Made by a program: the position numbers and the translations under genes | Source of the DNA: a bacterium | Lineage (GTDB): Bacteria; UBP6; UBA1177 | Length of the DNA: 64,000 bases | Direction: 5' to 3' | Assembly (NCBI GenBank): GCA_016290135.1 | Contig: JAEESW010000004.1 | Span: forward strand, 40,066-104,065 | The notes under the pieces: model-generated | The model's database searches: none | What the model saw: the letters and a program-made list of their open reading frames with translations, nothing else | Told to the model about the DNA's origin: nothing | Part shown: in pieces, positions 50,404 to 58,092 of the stretch | How positions within the stretch are numbered: the stretch's first letter is position 1 | Layout: each line of letters begins with the position of its first letter

Positions 50404-50770
50404 GTTGCGTAGGATCTGCACATATTCTTTGTTGGATAATGTCATCAATTTTTGTGCAGACAGATGAAAAATCGGAGTCTATTTCTTTATTTGGAAAACG
50501 CAGGACCATAAAGCCTAATGCATTTAAAATATTGGTTCTTTCGGCATCGTGAGCTAATCCGTCTTCTGTGTAGTGCTGGCTTCCGTCAAGTTCTATGATT
50601 AATTTTGCTTTTGCACAGCAAAAATCAACAACAAATTTGTTTATGATTTTCTGCCTACATATTTTTATAGGATAATGCCGCAAAAAATCGAACCATAAAT
50701 GCTTTTCCTGAGGAGTCATTTCTTTGCGCAACATTCGCGCTGCTTCTATCAGAAGCCGATTCTTTCTCAT
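50399..50770 (-). CDS. DUF559 (Vsr-like) endonuclease domain protein
   Basis: AR.LRK.MT..E..LW, RQ..I..FVVDF.C....LIIELDGSQH, D..R...L...GF.VLRF.N. Confidence 0.9.
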   Translation of the reverse strand: MRKNRLLIEAARMLRKEMTPQEKHLWFDFLRHYPIKICRQKIINKFVVDFCCAKAKLIIELDGSQHYTEDGLAHDAERTNILNALGFMVLRFPNKEIDSDFSSVCTKIDDIIQQRICADPTQR

Positions 50771-50850
50771 AAATTCAATAAAATGAAAAACATAGTAAAC
50801 ATATACAAAATAGAAATTCCAAGTATTTTGTCAAATTTTTAAAAAGCTGC

Positions 50851-50959
50851 AACCCCTCAGTCAACCTTTGGTTGGCAGCTCCCCTAATTTAGGGGCGCCT
50901 ATCTAACATTAGCAAGCCTCCACTGAGTCGGGGGAGGTGTCACGCAGTGACGGAGAGGT
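50851..50959. repeat. REP-like inverted doublet upstream of DUF559 gene
   Basis: A (50851-50900), TCTAACATTAGC spacer, B (50914-50959); near-identical to 50238-50323. Confidence 0.9.
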
Positions 50960-51043
50960 CAGGATCCTGATTCGGTTTTTCTAGCGATTTCCGGGGATTT
51001 CATATTTTTTGCTTTTTCAACCTGCTTTTTGTGCAAAATTGTC

Positions 51044-51162
51044 AAAAAATCTTGATTTGGTGTGAAAGTAACCCATAAAAAATCTTGATTTGGTGTGAAA
51101 GTAACCCATAAAAAATCTTGATTTGGTGTAAAAAATGCCGTATAAAAATCTTGATTTGGTGT
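51044..51162 (+). repeat. 4 x 33-bp direct-repeat array overlapping promoter of ATPase 1
   Basis: 20-bp core (A/T)AAAAATCTTGATTTGGTGT at 51044, 51077, 51110 and 51143 with 13-bp spacers; contains TTGATT-17-TATAAA (51118-51146). Confidence 0.92.
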
Positions 51163-51185
51163 AATTCGCACTCTGGAGGGATATC

Positions 51186-52538
51186 GTGAGAAGAAAAATC
51201 CTTGAAAAAATAGCGGAATGGAAGAGGACTGGCAACGGAAAAACAGCCTTACTCATTGATGGTGCCCGGCGTGTCGGAAAAAGTTATGTCGCGGAAGAAT
51301 TTGCCAAGAATAATTATAAATCATACCTTTTGATTGATTTCAACGAAGCCGGGCAGGAAATTAAAGATCTTTTCGAGCAGAATCTCAGGGATTTGGATCA
51401 TTTGTTCACTTTTTTGTCTGCAGTATACAGAGTAAAGCTTTACGAAAGAGAATCTCTGATTATTTTTGATGAAGTCCAGTTATGTCCCAGAGCTCGCGCC
51501 GCAATAAAATTTTTAGTGGCAGACGGCAGATACGACTACATCGAAACAGGTTCGCTCGTCTCTATCCGCAAAAATGTGAAGGATATAGTAATTCCTTCCG
51601 AAGAGCGTCATTTGAAAATGTATCCCATGGATTTCGAGGAGTTTTTGTGGGCTTTAGGCGAAGATGCTTTGTGGCAGGTTATCAAAACCTGTTTTGAAAA
51701 AAAGCAACCTCTTGCTCAGGCACTTCACCGAAAGGCGATGACGCTTTTTCGTGAATATCTTATCATCGGCGGAATGCCTCAGGCGGTAAGCGAATACCTG
51801 TCATCAAAAGATTTTCAAACCGTTGACGCTGTAAAAAGGGATATTCTTTCGTTGTACCGCGACGATATTATCAAACATGCTTCAGGTTATGAGCGTAAAG
51901 TCACCGGAATTTTTGATGAAATACCTTCACAACTTTCAAAACATGAAAAGAAGTTTTCTCTCTCCGCATTGGGCAAAGGGATAAGGTCAAGAGATTATGA
52001 GAGCGCATTTCTTTGGCTTGAAGATTCAATGATTGTCAATATTTGCTACAATTCAACAGAACCGAATATCGGCCTTAAACTCAACCGTGACAACTCGTCA
52101 ATGAAGATTTACATGGGTGATACCGGCCTTTTGATAAGCCATGCATTTGATGAAAACGGAATAGTAACCAATGAAATTTACAAAAAACTTCTGTTTGGAA
52201 AACTTGAAGTCAACGAGGGAATGCTTTTTGAGAATATTGTGGCGCAGATGCTCACTGCCAACGGTCACAAACTTTATTTTTATTCAAACGCGGCAAGAAA
52301 CGACAGAACTTCCAGAATGGAAATTGATTTCCTTATCGCGAAATCAAAAATTACCGACCGGCACAATATTTCTCCTCTGGAAGTTAAGTCAGGCAAGAAC
52401 TACACTCTTTCTTCAATAAACAAATTTTGCAATAAATTCAGAGAACAACTTAACACCCCGGTTGTGCTTCACACCGAAAACCTGTTTAAGAAAGACGAGG
52501 TTGTCTGCCTTCCCGTTTACATGACGATGTTTTTGTAA
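51186..52538 (+). CDS. AAA_14 ATPase + DUF4143 (PD-(D/E)XK-like C-terminus) protein 1
   Basis: GARRVGKS, FDEVQ, TGS, PMDFEEFL, GGMP, K.YM.DTGLL, G.LFEN, EIDF...PLEVKS. Confidence 0.9.
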   Translation: MRRKILEKIAEWKRTGNGKTALLIDGARRVGKSYVAEEFAKNNYKSYLLIDFNEAGQEIKDLFEQNLRDLDHLFTFLSAVYRVKLYERESLIIFDEVQLCPRARAAIKFLVADGRYDYIETGSLVSIRKNVKDIVIPSEERHLKMYPMDFEEFLWALGEDALWQVIKTCFEKKQPLAQALHRKAMTLFREYLIIGGMPQAVSEYLSSKDFQTVDAVKRDILSLYRDDIIKHASGYERKVTGIFDEIPSQLSKHEKKFSLSALGKGIRSRDYESAFLWLEDSMIVNICYNSTEPNIGLKLNRDNSSMKIYMGDTGLLISHAFDENGIVTNEIYKKLLFGKLEVNEGMLFENIVAQMLTANGHKLYFYSNAARNDRTSRMEIDFLIAKSKITDRHNISPLEVKSGKNYTLSSINKFCNKFREQLNTPVVLHTENLFKKDEVVCLPVYMTMFL

Positions 52539-52565
52539 TTCAACCTGCTTTTTCGTGCGAAATCC

Positions 52566-52589
52566 GGAGACGTATCCCTATACGTCTCC
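52566..52589. repeat. GTAG-family-like REP palindrome
   Basis: GGAGACGTAT-CCCT-ATACGTCTCC. Confidence 0.6.
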
Positions 52590-52639
52590 TTTTCAAGGCA
52601 CCCTATTGAAAATTTTTGCGGATTTCCGCATTTTTCTTC

Positions 52640-52683
52640 ACTGAAAACTTTTACCAAAACCCGAAAAAGTTTTCAGTAGCGAC
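52640..52683 (+). repeat. 44-bp hairpin repeat, copy 1
   Basis: ACTGAAAACTTTT..AAAAGTTTTCAGTAG; 41/44 identical to 55847-55890. Confidence 0.85.
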
Positions 52684-52742
52684 AGAAAAATTGTCAGTGT
52701 ATTGGGAAAAATGTCGATGTGGCGACTAAATTTTCAATAGAC

Positions 52743-52771
52743 TTGACTGTTCACGGCAATTCAGTTAAAAT
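52743..52771 (+). promoter_or_regulatory. Putative sigma70 promoter of ATPase 2
   Basis: TTGACT-17-TAAAAT. Confidence 0.55.
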
Positions 52772-52854
52772 TATCATAACTCTAAAAGTTGTTTTTAGAG
52801 TATGTTATTGAAATTTTGGTCGACAATGCCGAACTTTTTTCAGTAGGTGTTTTT

Positions 52855-54093
52855 ATGAAAAGAGATTTATACACCCGCCAACTTGTTAGAAAGATGCATA
52901 ACGGTATGATTAAAGTTGTGACTGGGATCCGCAGATGCGGCAAGTCATATCTTTTATTCAACCTTTTCCGCAACCATCTTGTCAGTGAAAATGTTCCTGA
53001 AGATCATATTCTTGAAATGGCGTTTGATCTTTACGAGAACAAGAAATTTCAGAATCCTGAAGTTTTTTATCCGCATATAAAGTCGCAGATCAAAGACGGC
53101 GGCATGTATTATGTCTTGTTGGATGAGGTTCAACTTCTCGGCGATTTTGAAGCGATACTCAATAGTTTGTTGAGAATGCAGAATGTGGATGTTTATGTGA
53201 CCGGAAGCAATGCAAAGTTTTTGTCGAAAGATGTGATCACAGAGTTTAGGGGGCGTGGAGACCAGATCCACCTCTATCCCCTGTCATTTGCTGAATTTCT
53301 GCAAGCTTATAAAGGAAGCAGCATCGAGGCATGGAGGGAATATTCCATGTACGGCGGATTACCGAAACTCCTGGATATTTCTGATGATCGCGATAAGGCT
53401 GTTTATCTTGAATCCATTTTTTCAGAAACGTATTTAAAGGACATTTTGGAAAGAAACGATGTCCGCAATACAAATGAAATTTCTGAACTGTTTGATTTTA
53501 TTGCATCTTCTGTCGGAGGGCTTTCCAATCCAAAAAAACTCTCGGATACTTTCAAATCTGTAAAAAATGTTTCGATTCACCCCGACACAATAAAAACCTA
53601 TCTGGATTATTTTGAGGAATCTTTTTTAATAAGCCGCGCAGTCCGCTATGACATTAAAGGAAAAAAATATATCAATACTCCTAGTAAATATTACTTCACG
53701 GATATGGGGTTAAGGAACGCCCGTTTGCATTTCAGGCAATATGAAGAAACCCATATTATGGAAAACATCATTTACAATGAGCTTTTGACACGCGGTTATT
53801 CCGTTGATGTCGGTGTTGTTGAAGTCACAGAACGCACTGCGGAACAGAAAAAGGTCCAAAAACAACTTGAAGTCGATTTTGTGTGCAATCTCGGTTCTTC
53901 GCGATTGTATATTCAGTCAGCGCTTAGTATTTCTGATGCTCAAAAAGAAAAGCAGGAACAAAATTCCTTGGAACGCATTCCGGATTCATTTGAAAAAATT
54001 ATTATCGTCAAAGATATTCCAACGCATTATAATGATTCAGGGATACTCATCTTAAATCTGTTCGATTTTTTGATGAACACAAATCCGTTTTAA
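52855..54093 (+). CDS. AAA_14 ATPase + DUF4143 protein 2
   Basis: TGIRRCGKS, LDEVQ, TGSN, PLSFAEF, YGGLP, KYYFTDMGLRN, MENI, EVDFV...YIQS; likely start MKRDLY. Confidence 0.9.
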   Translation: MKRDLYTRQLVRKMHNGMIKVVTGIRRCGKSYLLFNLFRNHLVSENVPEDHILEMAFDLYENKKFQNPEVFYPHIKSQIKDGGMYYVLLDEVQLLGDFEAILNSLLRMQNVDVYVTGSNAKFLSKDVITEFRGRGDQIHLYPLSFAEFLQAYKGSSIEAWREYSMYGGLPKLLDISDDRDKAVYLESIFSETYLKDILERNDVRNTNEISELFDFIASSVGGLSNPKKLSDTFKSVKNVSIHPDTIKTYLDYFEESFLISRAVRYDIKGKKYINTPSKYYFTDMGLRNARLHFRQYEETHIMENIIYNELLTRGYSVDVGVVEVTERTAEQKKVQKQLEVDFVCNLGSSRLYIQSALSISDAQKEKQEQNSLERIPDSFEKIIIVKDIPTHYNDSGILILNLFDFLMNTNPF

Positions 54094-54228
54094 CACGAAT
54101 ATCTGACGGAATTTCAGAAAAAATACTCAAAAACAGTAAAAGAAACAATAGTTTTTTCGCAGAAAGACCGTTTTGACGAAAATGGAATCAAAATCCTGCC
54201 GTTTTATCTCTTGCCGTTCGTAGTGTAA
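54094..54228 (+). pseudogene. C-terminal remnant of a fourth DUF4143 ATPase
   Basis: Open frame HEYLTEFQKKYSKTVKETIVFSQKDRFDENGIKILPFYLLPFVV* resembles the tails of the neighbouring paralogs (VCLPVYM, ILNVPLYL); no start codon. Confidence 0.6.
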
Positions 54229-54277
54229 GAATTTCGTGCAAAAATCATCTGAAAACACCGGAAAAAGTGATTTTTTT

Positions 54278-54336
54278 CGTCATCTTGAACGAATGTGAAA
54301 GATCTACAGGGATTCTTCGCTGCGTTCAGAATGACG
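54278..54336. repeat. CGTC-family REP doublet
   Basis: CGTCATCTTGAACGAATGTGAAAGATCT..GGATTCTTCGCTGCGTTCAGAATGACG; CGTC/GACG termini. Confidence 0.75.
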
Positions 54337-54362
54337 TGGAAAACTTTGAAGAACTGCACTTT

Positions 54363-55682
54363 TTAGGCAATTTTCATAGCGATTTCAATGAGTTTGCCGA
54401 GTTCGTCGGTCAGATAAAGCGGAACATTCAGGATCTTTCCATCGAAAGAAAGATTTTTTAGTGAAAAACGGATCGCCAAAGGTGTTATTTTACTGAAATC
54501 GTTGAGATATTTCTTGATGCTTGCCGCATGGACATTTATTCCGGCCTTTACTTCGACAGGGAGAATGTCGTTTCCTTTCTGAATGACAAAATCGACTTCA
54601 TGAGCGGTATCAGACCAATAATAAGGTTTTGTATCGAAGTGGCGAAGAAGAGTCTGAAAAACGAAATTTTCGGTCAAAGCACCCTTAAATTCGGTGAAAA
54701 GCCTGTTTCCTTCGCTAAAAGCGGAAGTCGCAAGCCTTGAATGCCTGCGCAGAAGTCCCACATCCCCCATATAGATTTTGAACGCCCCGATATCCTCGTA
54801 AGCACTCATCGGAAGTCCCGGTTTTGTTATACGCGGTACGCATCCGACAACATTTGCATTTTTAAGCCACTCGAGAGCGTTTTCGTATTCTCTCGCGCGA
54901 GCCCCTTCTTTAACTGCAGAATAGAGGAACTTTTTATTTTCACGGGCGAGTTGCGACGGAAGCGATGTCCATATCCTTCTGATCTTAGGCACATCGAAAT
55001 TGGGTGCATGCTTTCCGAAATCGCTTTCGTAGGAATCAAGGATCGCGCTCAAGATCTTGTCAACTTCGGAAATGTCGGCCTCTTCGCTCCATATTTTGAC
55101 CGGTTCCGGCATTCCGCCGATCGTAAGATAGATTTTAAGTTTTTCGGTCAACGGGTTTGCGAAAGCGTCGGGAATCGTCTCGATAGAGTCGATATTTTTC
55201 ATGTATTTAAGCAGATTTTCATCTCCGCAGGCAAGCAGGAACTCGCTGAAAGTCATAGGTCCCATATCGAGGAAATCGACTTTGCCTACAGGAAAACCGT
55301 CTGACAGAGTGAGCCCGAGAAGCGATCCTGCGCTTGCGATATAATATTCCGATGCGTCTTCGCAAAAATATTTGAGTGAATTGAGTGCAGCGGGACAAGC
55401 TTGAATCTCATCAAAAATCACAAGAGTCTGCGGTGTGATCTTTTTTCCGGTCGAAACAGCCAGATTTTGGAGAATGCGCCGGACATCTTTTGTAGTTTCG
55501 AAAAATTGGGCATGCTCGGGATTCTTATCGAAATTTATGCTTACAAAGCCGTTCTCAAACTCTTTACCGAACTCTTCAAGGATCCAAGTTTTGCCGACCT
55601 GTCTCGCACCGCGGAGTATCAAAGGCTTTCTGTGTTTCGAATCTTTCCACTTTCTTAAATCATCAATAATGAACCGCTTCAT
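54363..55682 (-). CDS. AAA_14 ATPase + DUF4143 protein 3
   Basis: GARQVGKT, FDEIQ, AGSLLG, PMTFSEFL, GGMPE, KIYM.DVGLL, GALTEN, EVDF...PVEVKA. Confidence 0.9.
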   Translation of the reverse strand: MKRFIIDDLRKWKDSKHRKPLILRGARQVGKTWILEEFGKEFENGFVSINFDKNPEHAQFFETTKDVRRILQNLAVSTGKKITPQTLVIFDEIQACPAALNSLKYFCEDASEYYIASAGSLLGLTLSDGFPVGKVDFLDMGPMTFSEFLLACGDENLLKYMKNIDSIETIPDAFANPLTEKLKIYLTIGGMPEPVKIWSEEADISEVDKILSAILDSYESDFGKHAPNFDVPKIRRIWTSLPSQLARENKKFLYSAVKEGARAREYENALEWLKNANVVGCVPRITKPGLPMSAYEDIGAFKIYMGDVGLLRRHSRLATSAFSEGNRLFTEFKGALTENFVFQTLLRHFDTKPYYWSDTAHEVDFVIQKGNDILPVEVKAGINVHAASIKKYLNDFSKITPLAIRFSLKNLSFDGKILNVPLYLTDELGKLIEIAMKIA

Positions 55683-55764
55683 GGCAATCTCCCTTAAAAA
55701 ATCGCTTGATTATTATTCCAAATCACTTTCAAATCAACAAAAATCACACATTTTTTAAAAATTA

Positions 55765-55780
55765 TGTGATTCCAATCACA
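55765..55780. promoter_or_regulatory. Palindromic operator-like site upstream of ATPase 3
   Basis: TGTGATT-CC-AATCACA; AATCACAC repeated at 55742 and 55774. Confidence 0.5.
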
Positions 55781-55846
55781 CTTTTTGCAGAAATTTTGTG
55801 CAAAAATTATCCGGAAATACCCGGAAAAAGTGGCAGATTTCCACAA

Positions 55847-55890
55847 ACTGAAAACTTTTGCCAAAACCTGAAAAAGTTTTCAGTAGAGAC
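55847..55890 (+). repeat. 44-bp hairpin repeat, copy 2
   Basis: Direct repeat of 52640-52683. Confidence 0.85.
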
Positions 55891-55942
55891 TATGACACAA
55901 ATGCCGTCTATCTGCAGCCTGACGTTGTCTATGTCGCACCGC

Positions 55943-57013
55943 TCACGGTTTTGAAGGGGTAAAATAGCGAGCTTCTATCCGATCCAGAATTTTGGAGATG
56001 TATTTTTCAAAAGGCTTGCGGCAAAGTTCCACGATTATTCCGGCAAGCATCAAAGATACAACAGAGAATAAAATTCTTGCAAAAAGAAAAGGACTGCTTT
56101 CATACATTGGGAATACAAATAATTTGCGATATATATTCCAGCAAAAAGGTCCGGTATGTAAAAGGTATATTCCCAAAGTGCATGTGGCTATGCTATTGAT
56201 TTTTGGATGATAACTGATGCTTAAATGCTGAAAAAATGAAAAAAGTGAGATGCTTAGAATTACCTGAAACAGCGAGTTGTTTCCCCAAAACATGGTTGCT
56301 GCTTCGGTATCTTTGAAGAAAAATTCAATCAAAAAGATATATGAAAAAAGCAGAGCCACAGTGATTGCAAAAACAACCAAACTTCTTTTTGCGGTATTGA
56401 GAACGGGCAATCCGTAAATTTTTATATATGCACCGACAAAATATAACAAAATCATCCAAATATAACGATTATAAAATACCATGGATTCTGTTGATTTGAT
56501 TTGTATAGCAAATAATATGGTTGGAAAGACGCTCCAAATCACAAATTGTGAACAAATCAGAAATTCGAACTCTTTTTTGTTCATCGCAGCAATAAGTTTC
56601 TGTAAAAACGGAGTTAGTGTATAGACAAAAATATATGCTGAAATAAACCACCATTGGCCCTGTAGCACAGGGAAAAACCAACTAGAAAGGTCGTAAGCGT
56701 CAATCGGAGCTTTTGTGAACATTATTGTTGCGCTTCGGCAAATATAAAAATAAAAATAGGCCTGTAAAATTAGCAAAAACAGTTTTTTCCATTTGAAAGT
56801 AGTTGTTGGTAGAAAATATCCGCTAATTAAAATAAAACAGTTGACCCCCAATTCTCCTCCGTAATACAGGATATCATGTAGCAATTTGTTGATAGAAAAG
56901 TCTTTAGTAAAATAAAACTCGCCGCTGCATAATATGGAATGAGAAGCAACAATTGTCGCAATGGATAATATTCTAAGAATTTCAAAATTGCTTTGTCTTA
57001 TTTGTTTTTCCAT
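55943..57013 (-). CDS. Acyltransferase family 3 (membrane O-acyltransferase)
   Basis: RQSNFEILRI, GVNCFILISGYF, WWFISAY, TLGIYLLH; start MEKQ at 57013. Confidence 0.88.
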   Translation of the reverse strand: MEKQIRQSNFEILRILSIATIVASHSILCSGEFYFTKDFSINKLLHDILYYGGELGVNCFILISGYFLPTTTFKWKKLFLLILQAYFYFYICRSATIMFTKAPIDAYDLSSWFFPVLQGQWWFISAYIFVYTLTPFLQKLIAAMNKKEFEFLICSQFVIWSVFPTILFAIQIKSTESMVFYNRYIWMILLYFVGAYIKIYGLPVLNTAKRSLVVFAITVALLFSYIFLIEFFFKDTEAATMFWGNNSLFQVILSISLFSFFQHLSISYHPKINSIATCTLGIYLLHTGPFCWNIYRKLFVFPMYESSPFLFARILFSVVSLMLAGIIVELCRKPFEKYISKILDRIEARYFTPSKP

Positions 57014-57173
57014 GTTTAAGCCCAACATAGAATTCAAAAAACATCTGTAAAATCCCACAAGTTGCTAAAGATGTCAAGAATGAAAAAGCTTATTTTATTG
57101 CAAATATCTGTGGTTCGGATAATAAATTCGTTTGGTGAGAGAAGCTCTTTTATGTGAAAAGGCAAAAAGTATA

Positions 57174-58037
57174 ATGATTGTAGGAATTAATTACTCAGAT
57201 AATAAATTCAAAAAAGCGCAGCACTTAAATACTTGGTCAATGTATCATAAAGGTAAGATCGATAAAGTCATAGAATATACTCCCGATGATTTAGATTCTG
57301 AATTCGTGAAAGAAAATAAGGAAATTCTTACCCAGCGTAAAGGGGCTGGATATTGGTTGTGGAAGCCGTATATTATAAAAAAAACTTTTGATCTACTTCG
57401 ACTAGATGATTATTTGTTTTACTGCGATGCCGGAGCTGTCATTTTGAAACCTGTTCAATTTCTAATAGATGCAATGGAAAAAGCTAATATGAACGTGATG
57501 TGTTTCCAATTACCGTTCAAAGAGCGCGCATATTCCAAAAGAGATGCTTTCATTTTGTTGGATTGCGACAGTGATGAATATGTGGATACCCAGCAAAGAT
57601 TAGGCGGATACATTATCATAAAAAAAACGAATGCCTCAAATATGCAAAATAATTTTGTTGATGTGGACAAATTATTGAGTAGCTATCTTTCTTTTTGCAA
57701 AGATCCTCGGATCATTTTGGGGGGAGAAAATGTCATGGGGTTGCCGAACTATGAAGGTTTTGTTGAAAACAGGCATGATCAGACAGTTTGGAGTTTACTT
57801 ACAAAAAAATATGGGATAGTTGCATTCAGAGATCCGTCTCAATGGGGAAAAAATAAAAATTTATTTCCTGAATCAACTCAAAAAAGGAGTGAATATCCTG
57901 TTGTAATTGATAGTGTTAGAAGAAATGACTTGGATAATTGGAGTGATTATTGTTTGCTTCGGAAATTTCCCACAATATTTATTTTACGCAGGATCTGTCG
58001 AAAAATCAGCAATAGAATATTTGGGGGTTTGAAATGA
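57174..58037 (+). CDS. Putative glycosyltransferase
   Basis: GAGYWLWKPYII, YCDAG, ENRHDQ motifs typical of glycan-locus GT-A-like proteins. Confidence 0.65.
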   Translation: MIVGINYSDNKFKKAQHLNTWSMYHKGKIDKVIEYTPDDLDSEFVKENKEILTQRKGAGYWLWKPYIIKKTFDLLRLDDYLFYCDAGAVILKPVQFLIDAMEKANMNVMCFQLPFKERAYSKRDAFILLDCDSDEYVDTQQRLGGYIIIKKTNASNMQNNFVDVDKLLSSYLSFCKDPRIILGGENVMGLPNYEGFVENRHDQTVWSLLTKKYGIVAFRDPSQWGKNKNLFPESTQKRSEYPVVIDSVRRNDLDNWSDYCLLRKFPTIFILRRICRKISNRIFGGLK

Positions 58038-58092
58038 TGGTATGTCTATTACACAAACTATATTATTCGATTTTTGTATTCAGGGATAGGAA

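Noticed and set aside
50202-50959. Classical IS element around DUF559
   Set aside because: No DDE, HUH or serine transposase motifs, and no terminal inverted repeats with a target duplication; the flanks are multi-copy REP-like doublets.
51044-51162. CRISPR array interpretation of the 33-bp repeats (also 37914-38030)
   Set aside because: Spacers are only 13 bp and two are identical; the repeats are non-palindromic; no cas genes in the window.
50959-51256. ORFs 50959-51171 and 51017-51256 with repeated peptides
   Set aside because: They are translation artefacts of the 33-bp DNA array.
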